This document shows, in pieces, positions 47,360 through 56,602 of a stretch of 64,000 bases of DNA (position 1 is the stretch's first letter; every line of letters begins with the position of its first letter). Source of the stretch: an uncultured Planctomycetaceae bacterium (lineage in GTDB: Bacteria; Planctomycetota; Planctomycetia; Pirellulales; PALSA-1355); contig CAWAUV010000008.1 in assembly GCA_963785305.1 (NCBI GenBank), positions 1,485,304 through 1,549,303 of the forward strand, in the 5' to 3' direction. The notes under the pieces were generated by a model, which saw nothing but the letters and a program-made list of their open reading frames with translations, was not told where the DNA came from and searched no databases. The translations under genes were made by a program, and so were the position numbers.

Positions 47360-48419
47360 GACGGCGAAACCAGGAGTTCGCGCCGCTCACTCCGCGGGCT
47401 GCCACGGCTCCAAGCGGCGGCGCGACTGCTGAGCGCGGCGCTTCCGCCTTCCCTTCCTGCGCCCAGCGCCGCGCCAGCACGGCGCAGACCATGAGCTGCA
47501 TCTGGTGGAAGAGCATGGTCGGCAGGAGGATCATGCCGAGGTCCGGGCCGGGGAACAGCACGCCCGCCATCGGCACGCCGGCGGCGAGGCTCTTCTTCGA
47601 GCCGCAGAAGACGATGGCGATCGTGTCCTCGCGGTTGAAGCCGAGCGTCTTCGCGGCGTAGCGGGTGGCGAACAGCATGAAGGCCAGAACCAGAGCCTCG
47701 ATGACGATCATGATTGCGAAGCCGCTCATCGGCAGCGCGCGCCAAAGCCCGGCGCTGACCGCGTGGCCGAAGGCGCCATAGACGACGAGCAGGATCGAGC
47801 CCCGATCGGTCGCGGAGAGGATCGCCTTGTGGCGCAGGACGAAGCCGCCGATCCACGGCCGCAACAATTGGCCCGCGATGAGCGGCGCAACCAGGAGGAG
47901 GGCGATCTCGCGGATCGCGTCGCCGGTCGGCGCGCCGCCGCGCGCGGAGGCGAAAACGCCGACGAGCAGCGGCGTCGCCAATGCGCCGATGAGGCTCGAC
48001 AGCGTCGCCGAGCACATCGCCGCCGGAACATTGCCGCCGGCGATCGAGGTGAAGGCGAGCGAGGACTGGATCGTCGAGGGCAGGAGGCAGAGATAGAGCA
48101 TGCCCAAAGCGAGCGGGCCGGGCACGAGCCATTGCGGCAGAGCATGAAAGAGCAGGAGGCCGACGAGCGGGAACAGGACGAAGGTGGACGCCAGCACCAG
48201 CGCGTGCAGGCGCCAATGCGCGATGCCCGCGATCACGTTCGAAGTCGCCAGACGCGCGCCATAGAGGAAGAACATGAAGGCGATCGCGACGTCGGTCGCG
48301 ATCTTCACCGGCAGCTCGAACGCCGCCGCCGGCGGGGCGAAGCTCGCCAGCGCGACGGTCGCGACGAGAAGCAGGGTGAACGTGTCGGGGGCGAAGCGGG
48401 AGAGGGTCTGGCGCATGAT
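47337..48419 (-). CDS. Bile acid:sodium symporter family (SBF-like/YfeH) transporter
   Basis: FFLYGARL, STFVLFPL, LPSTIQSSLAFTSIAGGNV, FCGSKKSLAAGVPMA, FHQMQL. Confidence 0.9.
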   Translation of the reverse strand: MMRQTLSRFAPDTFTLLLVATVALASFAPPAAAFELPVKIATDVAIAFMFFLYGARLATSNVIAGIAHWRLHALVLASTFVLFPLVGLLLFHALPQWLVPGPLALGMLYLCLLPSTIQSSLAFTSIAGGNVPAAMCSATLSSLIGALATPLLVGVFASARGGAPTGDAIREIALLLVAPLIAGQLLRPWIGGFVLRHKAILSATDRGSILLVVYGAFGHAVSAGLWRALPMSGFAIMIVIEALVLAFMLFATRYAAKTLGFNREDTIAIVFCGSKKSLAAGVPMAGVLFPGPDLGMILLPTMLFHQMQLMVCAVLARRWAQEGKAEAPRSAVAPPLGAVAARGVSGANSWFRRPILRAGP

Positions 48420-48488
48420 GGCGCCGAATATGCCGCAGCTTGCGCTCATTCGGAATGACGTTCTCCATGGTTTCAGTTATCATGGTTC

Positions 48489-49459
48489 GTGATGACAGAG
48501 ACCTACGATCCCGATCTGCTCGTGACCTTCCTGGCGGTGGCCGAGACCGGGTCGTTCTCGGAAGCCGCGCGGCGGCGGGGCCTGCGCCAGTCGACGGTGA
48601 GCCAGCAGGTGCGCCGGCTCGAAGCGGAGACGCGCCGGCGTCTGTTCGATCGCGACACCCACAACGTCTCGCTGACCGTCGACGGGCAGGCTTTGACCGT
48701 GCTCGCGGGCGAGATCCTCGCCGCTTATTCGCGGGCCGAGCGCTATTTCTCGAACGCCGAGCTCAGGGGCCGGGTCCGCTTCGGCGCCTCGGAGGATTTC
48801 GCCCTGTCGAGCCTCCTGCCGCAGGTCCTGCGCGCGTTTGCGTCGCGGCACCCTCAGGTCGACATCGAGATGACGGTCGGGCTCGCCGCCGATCTCTATT
48901 CAGGCATGGACGAGGGCGCGCTCGATCTCATTTTCGCCAAGCGGCGGGCGGGCGACGGGCGCGGCCACATCGTGTGGCGCGAAGAGATGGTCTGGATCGC
49001 GGCGCCGGACTGGCGGCGGGACCCTGAGCGGCCGCTGCCGCTCGTCCTCTATCCGCCGCGCAGCATCACCCGCGAGGCGGTTCTGGCGGCGCTCGAGAAA
49101 GGCGAATGTCTCCTGGCGCATCGCCTGCACCTGCGGCTCGCTGTCCGGGCCTGGTCGGCGCCGTTCTGGGCGGCCTCGGAATTGGCGCGCAATCGGCGCG
49201 TCTCAAGGCGGAAGGAACGGTCGCCGTCGGCCCCGAGGCCGGGCTGCCGCCGCTCGGCGAGACGGAATTCGTCGTCGTGCCCGCGCTCGGCCGGCCGAGC
49301 GCGCCGGTTCAGGCGATGGCCGACACGATCCTCGAGTTCGGCCGCGCTTTCGAGGCCCAGGGCCGCTTTAGAATTGCACCGCAAGGACCGGAGTTCGGGC
49401 GCTTAACGATGGGCGTAGTCGGGAGACAAGACAAACCCCGGAGCCCTGCTTATGTTTAG
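48489..49459 (+). CDS. LysR-family regulator divergent from the symporter; 3' frameshifts, end uncertain
   Basis: HTH TFLAVAETGSFSEAARRRGLRQSTVSQQVRRLE, GRVRFGASEDFA. Confidence 0.85.
49372..49391 (+). promoter_or_regulatory. Ada box upstream of ada
   Basis: AAT-TGCACC-GCAA matches the AAT-N6-GCAA Ada-box arrangement, about 70 bp before the ada start. Confidence 0.6.
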
Positions 49460-50539
49460 CCCCATGACCGAAACGGCACAGGCCGGCGCCGCACGGGCGC
49501 AGGCTCGCGACGAGGAGCGCTGGCAGGCGGTCAAGCGCCGCGACCCCGCGTTCGACGGCAAGTTCCTGTTCGCCGTGCGCACGACGGGCGTCTATTGCCG
49601 CCCGAGCTGCGCCTCGCGGCCGGCGAAGCGCGAGAACGTCTCCTTCTTCCAGACCGGCGCGGAAGCGGAGAAGGCGGGCTACCGCGCCTGCAAGCGCTGC
49701 CGTCCCGACAGGCTCGGCGCGCCCGATCCGCAAGTTCAGGCGGTCGCCCAAGCCTGCGAACGGATCGAGCGGCGGAGGAGGCGCCCAAGCTCGCCGAGCT
49801 TGCCGCGCGCGCGGGCTTGAGCCCCTACCACTTCCATCGCGTCTTCAAGGCGATCACGGGCGTGACGCCGAAGGCCTATGCGGCCGGGACGCGGGCGCGC
49901 CGCGCCGCCGACAAGCTGCGCACGGCGGAGACGGTCACGGAGGCGATCTATGATGCGGGCTTCAACTCCTCGAGCCGCTTCTACGAGAACACCGATGCGC
50001 GGCTCGGCATGACGCCAGGCGCGGTGCGCCGCGGCGGGGCAGGGGTTCTCATTCGCTTCGCGGTCGGCGAGGCCTCGCTCGGCGCGGTGCTGGTCGCGGC
50101 GACCGACAAGGGCGTCTGCGCCATCACGCTCGGCGACGATCCCGACGCCCTCGTGCGCGATTTGCAGGACCGCTTTCCGAATGCGGATTTCGAAGGCGGC
50201 GACGCCGAATTCGAGCGCATGGTCGCGGAGGTCGTCGGTCTTGTCGAGGCGCCGGGTCAGCGGCTCGATCTTCCGCTCGACATCCGCGGCACCGCGTTCC
50301 AGCAAAAGGTGTGGGCGGCGCTGCAAGCGATCCCGCCCGGCAGGACGGCGACCTATACGGAGATCGCCCGCGCGATCGGCCAGCCAAAAGCCGTGCGCGC
50401 GGTCGCGCAGGCCTGCGGCGCCAATCCGCTCGCGGTCGCGATCCCCTGCCATCGCGTGGTGCGGTCGGACGGCGATCTCTCCGGCTATCGCTGGGGCGTC
50501 GAGCGCAAGCGCAAGCTGATCGAGCGGGAGGCGGCGTGA
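49452..50539 (+). CDS. ada: Bifunctional transcriptional activator / O6-methylguanine-DNA methyltransferase; frameshift near 49775
   Basis: GVYCRPSCASRP and RACKRC Zn ligands, AraC HTH (SPYHFHRVFK), active site IPCHRV. Confidence 0.95.
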
Positions 50540-51448
50540 TGAAGGCCCGCGCCCCGACGCCTCTGTTCGAGCAAGCCCTCGCCGCGCCCCTTCAAACCCT
50601 CACCCCTACCCCTCTCCCCGGGGGAGAGGGGACGACGGCGCCTCCGCTCCCCTTCGAGCCCTCACCCCTACCCCTCTCCCCGAGGGAGAGGGGGCAACGG
50701 CGCCGCCGCGCTCCCTTCTCCCTCGGGGAGAAGGTGGCCCGAAGGGCCGGATGAGGGCGTTGCCACACTCGACTGGCCGAGAATCGAGCGCGAGCTCGAC
50801 GCCTATGGCTGCGCGGTCGCGCCGAAACTGCTTTCGCCGGAGACCTGCCGCGAGCTTGCGTCGCTCTATCCCGACGATGCCCGCTTCCGCTCGCGCGTCG
50901 TGATGGCGAAACACGGCTTCGGCAAAGGCGAGTACAAATATTTCGCCGATCCGCTGCCCGAGCCGATCCTCGCGCTTCGTCGCGGTTTCTACCGGCGGCT
51001 CGCAGCCGTAGCGGACCGCTGGAACGAAGCGATGGGCGTTTCCGTACGCTATCCCGCCGAACACGAAGCGTTCCTCACGCGCTGCCATGAGGCGGGTCAG
51101 AAGCGGCCGACGCCGCTGCTCCTGCGCTATGGCGCCGGCGACTACAATTGCCTGCATCAGGACGTGTACGGCGAGCACCTCTTTCCGCTGCAACTCGCGA
51201 TCCTGCTGTCCGAGCCTGGCCATGACTTCACCGGCGGCGAGTTCGTGCTGACCGAGCAGCGGCCGCGCATGCAGTCGCGCGCGGAGGTCGTGAGCCTCGC
51301 CCAAGGCGACGGCGTGATCTTCGCCGTGCGCGAGCGGCCGGTGCAGGGAACGCGGGGAACCTATCGCGTCAATCTGCGCCATGGCGTGAGCCGCATTAAA
51401 AGCGGCGAGCGCTTCACGCTCGGAATCATCTTTCACGACGCGACGTGA
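50539..51448 (+). CDS. 2OG-Fe(II) oxygenase (Oxygenase-NA/DUF2086-type, alkylation-repair associated); 5' region contains palindromic repeats and a frame change
   Basis: LDWPRIERELDAYGCAV, GFGKGEYKYF, RPTPLLLRY, CLHQD, FTGGEFVLTEQRPRMQSR, LRHGVS..RFTLGIIFHDA. The ATG at 50539 overlaps the ada stop. Confidence 0.85.
50597..50757. repeat. Cluster of three REP-like palindromes
   Basis: CCCTCACCCCTACCCCTCTCCCCG(G/A)GGGAGAGGGG at 50597-50632 and 50659-50694, plus an inverted-type unit CCCTTCTCCCTCGGGGAGAAGG-TGGCCCGAAGGGCCGGATGAGGG at 50713-50757. Confidence 0.85.
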
Positions 51449-51469
51449 CGCGCCTTTCCGATTGCGGAA
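51445..51469 (+). repeat. Left copy of 25-bp direct repeat flanking vapBC
   Basis: GTGACGCGCCTTTCCGATTGCGGAA. Confidence 0.85.
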
Positions 51470-51472
51470 CCC

Positions 51473-51859
51473 TCAGGCGCGGCGAATGTCGGTCAGGGCG
51501 AAATCGTCTCCCTTGAACAGGAGGGCTTCGCCCGTCGCTCGGCTAAGCGCGTAGGCAAAACAGTCGCCAAAGTTCAGGCCCGCCTTGTGCCGGCCTTTGC
51601 CGAAGTCGAGAAAAGCCTGCCGAGCCAGGTCGCCCTGCTCGATGGTGACGGGCTCGACGACGACGCCCGCGCGCCGAAGGAAGGCTTCGGCCTGGCGAGC
51701 GCCGTTAGGCCCGAGTTGGCTCTCGACCACCATCGAGAGCTCGACATGGTTCGCCGCACTGATCCGGCAGATGTCGGCGGCGCGGATGCGTTCAACGAAG
51801 TCTCGCGCCTCCGGCTCCCCATAGAGGATTGCGATGAGGGCGGACGTGTCGAGGATCAT
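51473..51859 (-). CDS. vapC: VapC PIN-domain toxin
   Basis: MILDTSALIAIL..EPE, GKGRHKAGLNFGDCFAYALS, LLFKGDDF..TD. Confidence 0.95.
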   Translation of the reverse strand: MILDTSALIAILYGEPEARDFVERIRAADICRISAANHVELSMVVESQLGPNGARQAEAFLRRAGVVVEPVTIEQGDLARQAFLDFGKGRHKAGLNFGDCFAYALSRATGEALLFKGDDFALTDIRRA

Positions 51860-52104
51860 CGCGGCAGGCCATGCGCGTCGTACAAGAGTTCGGCGTGGTC
51901 GACGTAAGGACGTTTGACGTGCGAGGCGGCCCGCTCGGCGATCGCGAGGAGTTCCTCGACGCTCGCCCGGGCGCTTCGCCCTTCGAGCCGGATGAGCCGC
52001 TCCCGCAGCGCCTCGGTGACGACACGGGTCATCGTCTCGCCGGTGGCGCGCGCGATCTGCTGCGCGAGGCGATGGGCCTCCGGATCCTTGATATTAAGGC
52101 TCAT
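51856..52104 (-). CDS. vapB: VapB antitoxin (Rv0623-like)
   Basis: MSLNIKDPEAHRLAQQIARATGETMTRVVTEALRERL...LYDAHGLP; ATGA overlap with vapC. Confidence 0.9.
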   Translation of the reverse strand: MSLNIKDPEAHRLAQQIARATGETMTRVVTEALRERLIRLEGRSARASVEELLAIAERAASHVKRPYVDHAELLYDAHGLPR

Positions 52105-52243
52105 CCACTCCGGGGCTTTCTACCAATTACAGACTTTATCTACCTTTCTACATCGCTTTTCGCCCGTCGTCTAAAGTTCGCGTTCGACCACTCGTGGTGA
52201 GGGCCGCGCAGAGAAAGTCGCGTAGCGGCATCGACGGATCAGG

Positions 52244-52268
52244 GTCACGCCCCTTTCCGATTGCGGAA
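52244..52268 (+). repeat. Right copy of 25-bp direct repeat flanking vapBC
   Basis: GTCACGCCCCTTTCCGATTGCGGAA (23/25 identical to the left copy). Confidence 0.85.
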
Positions 52269-52344
52269 GCAAGGAACGGGGAGACGGATTGCGGTCGCGG
52301 CAAGCAAACTCGCAGGCGCCAAGCCGCTTAAAAGGAAACCTCCA

Positions 52345-52814
52345 ATGTCTTTCCAGATCACGGGTCTCGACGCCGCGCCCTTCCGCCGAATTCTACGGAC
52401 TTTCCGACGAGGAGCTGCAAAGCCTCGGCGTCAAGCGCCTGATCGCCGACACGAGCCCCGGCTTTCCCGATCGCATCGAGCTCAGGGACGTCGAGCAGGG
52501 CGAGGCGCTCTTGCTTCTCAATTACCTGCACCAGCCGGCCGACACGCCCTACAGAGCAAGCCACGCCATTTTCGTCCGAGAATGGGCGGAGACGCAATAT
52601 CGCGCCGTGGACGAGAATTCCGCACGTTCTGCAAATCCGCCCGATCTCGCTGCGCGCCTTCGACGACACGGGCGACATGGTCGACGCCGATCTCGTCAGC
52701 GGCGACGACCTCGAGCCAACGATCGAACGCCTGTTCGCCAATCCGAAGGCCGCCTACATCCATGCGCATTACGCCAAGCGCGGCTGCTATGCGGCGCGGA
52801 TCGATCGGACGTGA
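52345..52814 (+). CDS. DUF1203-family protein; frameshifts near 52390 and 52615
   Basis: MSFQITGLD, GFPDRIELRD, LLLNYLHQPADTPYRASHAIFV, AYIHAHYAKRGCYAARIDR. Confidence 0.8.
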
Positions 52815-52887
52815 GGCGGAAGGGACGGCGTTGCGCCTGTCCCTCTCGTGACTTAAGTCCATGGGACCTAAAGCCGCCGAGGTTCCC

Positions 52888-53694
52888 ATGCCCGCTGTCC
52901 GCCAACCTGTGATCTTCGTGCCGCATGGCGGGGGCCCGTGCTTCTGGATGGACTGGCCGCCGCCCTTCGGCCCGCACGCCTGGGACGGGCTCAAGGACTA
53001 TCTCGCCGGCGTTCTGAAATCGCTGCCCGAGCGGCCAAAGGCGTTCCTGGTCATCACCGCCCATTGGGAGACGGATCAGCCGACCGTCAGCGTCAACCCG
53101 AAGCCCGGCATGCTCTACGACTATTACGGCTTCCCCGAGCACACCTATAAGCTCAACTATCCCGCGCCGGGCGATCCGGCGCTGGCGGCGGAAGTGAAGC
53201 GCCTCATCGAGGCGGCGGGCCTGCCCGTCGCGACCGACGGCGAGCGCGGCTTCGACCATGGCGTGTTCGTGCCGTTCCTCATCCTCGATCCGAAGGCCGA
53301 GATCCCGGTCGTCATGCTGTCGCTGCGCAAGGACCTCGATCCCGCCTTCCACATCAAGCTCGGCAAGGCGCTGGCGCCCTTGCGCGACCAAGGCGTGGCG
53401 ATCGTCGGCAGCGGCATGAGCTTTCACGACCTGCGGCACTTCCGCGACGGCGACACGTCCGCCTCGGCCGCCTTCGACGCCTGGCTCGACGAGACGGCGA
53501 AGGCGCCGGAAGCCGAGCGCGAGGCGCGGCTTGCGCAATGGGACAAGGCGCCCTCGGCGCGCGCCTGCCATCCGCGCGAGGAGCACCTCTTGCCGCTGAT
53601 GGTCGTGGCTGGCGCGGCCGGCGACAGCATGGGCAAGCGCGATTTCAACGCCAAGATCGGCGGCAAGATGATCTCGGGCTTCAGGTTCGGGTAG
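52888..53694 (+). CDS. Class III extradiol ring-cleavage dioxygenase (LigB/DODA/YgiD family)
   Basis: FVPHGGGP, VITAHWE, YDYYGFP, RGFDHGVFVP, VGSGMSFHDL, HPREEHLLPL. Confidence 0.9.
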   Translation: MPAVRQPVIFVPHGGGPCFWMDWPPPFGPHAWDGLKDYLAGVLKSLPERPKAFLVITAHWETDQPTVSVNPKPGMLYDYYGFPEHTYKLNYPAPGDPALAAEVKRLIEAAGLPVATDGERGFDHGVFVPFLILDPKAEIPVVMLSLRKDLDPAFHIKLGKALAPLRDQGVAIVGSGMSFHDLRHFRDGDTSASAAFDAWLDETAKAPEAEREARLAQWDKAPSARACHPREEHLLPLMVVAGAAGDSMGKRDFNAKIGGKMISGFRFG

Positions 53695-54506
53695 GCGTGC
53701 AGTCGCCGCTTTGGGCGGCAAAACTTTCTCTGCGTGCTTGCGGCCTAGCGGCCTCGAAGCATCGCCTTTTTGCATTCCCCACCACCATTTGGCTTCTACA
53801 AATCTGGCCGCGCATTCGACAGGCGCTAACCGTAATGGTTGTGCATAATACCAGTCGAAGCTCGGGAGTTGCCGCCTCAAATGCCCAACTACGTCAAAGC
53901 GCCGTCGGTGGATCTCTCCTGCCTTAAGGGTGATGAATTTCAAGTCGCGCTACGGGTAGCCATTAACGATCTAAGAGATCGAGAATCTATTTTCTCCGAA
54001 TTCCTGAGTGAAGCCGGTAATCCGGATAGATCGAACTGGGAAAGAACGATCCAATATTCGCATCTTCACCTTTTATTCGCGCAGACAATTGTCTCAACTC
54101 TGCTCGTTGAAAGCGATCGGCGCATCATTACTCAGACCAGCGCGCAGCCTCGGCTTGGCGCAACCGCTTTCGCCGCGATGCATCTCGCGCAAAGTCAACT
54201 TCGGAAATCGGAGATCGCCAGTTGCGAACCTACAGCAGCAATCCCCAAATCCCGCGATCATGAGCGAATAGCGCATGCTCACCAACTCCAGCGAAATCAC
54301 GCCCGCATTGACCGCGAGCACCAGATCGGCTTTGCGATCCGGGGGGTGATCATTAAGCGGCGCTGGATTATACATGGCGAGCACGTCCCGATGAACGCTG
54401 GGGGCTTTTTTGAGCCGCACTCCAGATGGTCTCAGGCTATTCACTGGGAATTCCGCGCACGCCTGATACGGGCAGCATCCAGAAAGCTTACGCAGCGAGA
54501 CAACGG

Positions 54507-56035
54507 GCAACTGCCCAGCCGGGTGTCAGGGGTTGATTTTCTGGGCGAGGATGTTGGGCTCGACGGCGAGGGAGTGGAGGATGTTTCGGCCTTGTTTGCG
54601 GGCCGTTGCGATGACGGATCGCAGGACTGCGAAGGCGTGAGCGCCCTCGGGGGTGCGGAAGCCGCCGGAGATTTTCATTTTCACTTTCATCATTCGGAGC
54701 GCCTGCTCGGCGAGATTGTTGGTGAAGGGAACCTTGAAGTCGATCAGGAACCTCAGCACGTCGTCTTTGAACCTGTGCAGGCGGCGAAGCAGATTGTCTC
54801 CGTCTCTTCGTTTCGTGCGGCCGCTTTTGGGGCCTGCCTTTTCGAGGCGGGGAAGGTTGCGATGCCAGGCGAGGCCTTCGCGGAGGGCTTCCCAATAGCG
54901 GGCGTGGAAGGCTTCGAGCGCGGCGGGCGAGAGCGCGGTTTGGCCCTGCGCGCGGGCTTCCGCGACCGCCTTGCAGGCGTCGCGGAGACAATCGCGCATG
55001 CCTGTCGCCCAGGGCTCCTGGTCGAACTGGATCAGCGCCTTGAGTTCGCGCAGATGATGAGCGTTGCAGAGCGCATGAGCGGGAGGCTGGGCGAGACCGT
55101 CCAGCTTGCGGTAAGGTTTGAAGCCGTCGTGGACGACGACGCCTCCTTCGAGGCCTTCCGGCATCTCGCCGCGCGTGTCGCAGGCGCGATAAAGGGTGAG
55201 GGTCTCGGTGGCGACGGTATGGAGCCATTGCGTCCGGCCGCCGATGCGCAGGCCCGTCTCGTCGAGGCAGCGCACGCGCGCGGCGCGCACGAGCGCCCCG
55301 ATCCGCTCGGCGACCGGCGCCAGCGCCCCCGCGCGGCGCCGCGTCCATTCCGCCACGCTGGCCGCGCAAAGCCCGCCCGCGCCGATGAGGTCGGCGAGCG
55401 CCTCGGCCGCGCGATCCTCGGGGATCAGTTGCTGGGCGTGGAGATAGATCGCCGCAGCCCGGATGCGTCCGCCATATTGGGCCGGTCCCCTCACCCCTTC
55501 GGGAAAGGCCGCCCGGGTCCGGCCGCCGCAGCCGGCGCAGGCATAGACCAGACCCTGATGCTCGGTGACCTCCATCAGCCGCTCCGGCAGATCGAACACC
55601 TGACGCCGCTCGAAGCCTCCCGCCATCGCCCGGCTGAGGCCCGAGCCGCAATGGCGGCAGACGGCGGCCTCATGCGTCACGATCCGGTCGGGCTCGGCAG
55701 CCTGGCGCAGGGTCTCCCCCTTGTGGCCTTTCTGCCCCCCGCTTGGCCGGCCCGACGGCTCGCGAAGGCTCACCGGCTTCTTCCGCAGACCGTCGCTCGA
55801 CGGCGGCTTCGAACTCGTCGAACTGTCCAGCCCCAGCCGACGCCGAAGCTCCGCGTTCTCAGCCCGCAACGCCTCCAAGCTCCCGCTGAAGCGACGCAAT
55901 CAGGGCCGAAATCTCCGGCGAAAGAATCATCCCGCAACAGAATCATATCCAGGCCAGCCTGACTCCCCCCAAAGCCATCAACACAAAAATCAACCCCAAC
56001 TGTGACAAATCTGACTCACCCGCCTGGGCAGTTAC
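54507..56035 (-). mobile_element. Complete IS66-family element (single-ORF ISBst12 type), 1,529 bp
   Basis: Terminal IRs GCAACTGCCCAGCCGGGTG and CACCCGCCTGGGCAGTTAC. 8-bp target duplication GACAACGG at 54499-54506 and 56036-56043. Confidence 0.95.
54526..55899 (-). CDS. tnp: IS66 transposase
   Basis: SSKPPSSDG, GGQKGHKG, CxxC zinc region, LDETG, VHDG, CNAHHLREL, FTNNLAEQALRMMKVKMKISGGFR. Confidence 0.95.
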   Translation of the reverse strand: MRRFSGSLEALRAENAELRRRLGLDSSTSSKPPSSDGLRKKPVSLREPSGRPSGGQKGHKGETLRQAAEPDRIVTHEAAVCRHCGSGLSRAMAGGFERRQVFDLPERLMEVTEHQGLVYACAGCGGRTRAAFPEGVRGPAQYGGRIRAAAIYLHAQQLIPEDRAAEALADLIGAGGLCAASVAEWTRRRAGALAPVAERIGALVRAARVRCLDETGLRIGGRTQWLHTVATETLTLYRACDTRGEMPEGLEGGVVVHDGFKPYRKLDGLAQPPAHALCNAHHLRELKALIQFDQEPWATGMRDCLRDACKAVAEARAQGQTALSPAALEAFHARYWEALREGLAWHRNLPRLEKAGPKSGRTKRRDGDNLLRRLHRFKDDVLRFLIDFKVPFTNNLAEQALRMMKVKMKISGGFRTPEGAHAFAVLRSVIATARKQGRNILHSLAVEPNILAQKINP

Positions 56036-56303
56036 GACAACGGGGATACCAGTCGCTAAGCTTCCATTTTTCCAGCTCGCTCATCAAGAATGGCGCTTTT
56101 GCTGAAGGAAAGGCGCCATCCTTCAAAACGAGAAAAAATTCTGCGGATTTCCCGCCGAGCTTGGATGGTTCGACGCACGGAGAGTCAAGGCCGCATCTCT
56201 CCTCAAATCCGCTGGCACGCGACTTGCAACATTTCGTTAACGGAAATGTGACGATTATGCATCTGTGTCGCAAATTGTACCTGGAGCGTGAACACTTACC
56301 TTA

Positions 56304-56543
56304 GTGAACGCCATGATTCTCTCTCTCAGTCCTGAAGTCCGCGAGGCGGCGCTCGATCTCAAGGCTTTGCGCAGAAAGATAAAAGAGGCCGGCGAGCGGG
56401 CCCACGAGTGGTTTCCAGCCGAGGCGAACGCACGCCAACGGATGCTCAGCCTGAGCCGCGAGCACCCTGTCGATGAAGAAGCGCTGAGCAGCCATCAGAC
56501 GCCGCCGCCGAGGCGCGGCGAAGGCTTTCTCAAGCTGGCGTGA
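56304..56543 (+). CDS. Small hypothetical protein
   Basis: 79-aa ORF with a helical, protein-like composition; no family recognised. Confidence 0.35.
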   Translation: MNAMILSLSPEVREAALDLKALRRKIKEAGERAHEWFPAEANARQRMLSLSREHPVDEEALSSHQTPPPRRGEGFLKLA

Positions 56544-56602
56544 GGCTCAACGGTGGCTCAAGGCGGGTCTCCGCCGAACTTGTGGCGTGAGCCCGCGCAG
56601 TC

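Noticed and set aside
50597..50757. Possible mini-CRISPR array (36-bp repeats, 26-bp spacer)
   Set aside because: Only two direct copies plus an inverted variant, the sequence fits a REP-like palindrome, and there are no cas genes or leader.
53839..55962. 707-aa plus-strand ORF
   Set aside because: Two thirds of it is the antisense of the IS66 transposase, read through from the interrupted flank.
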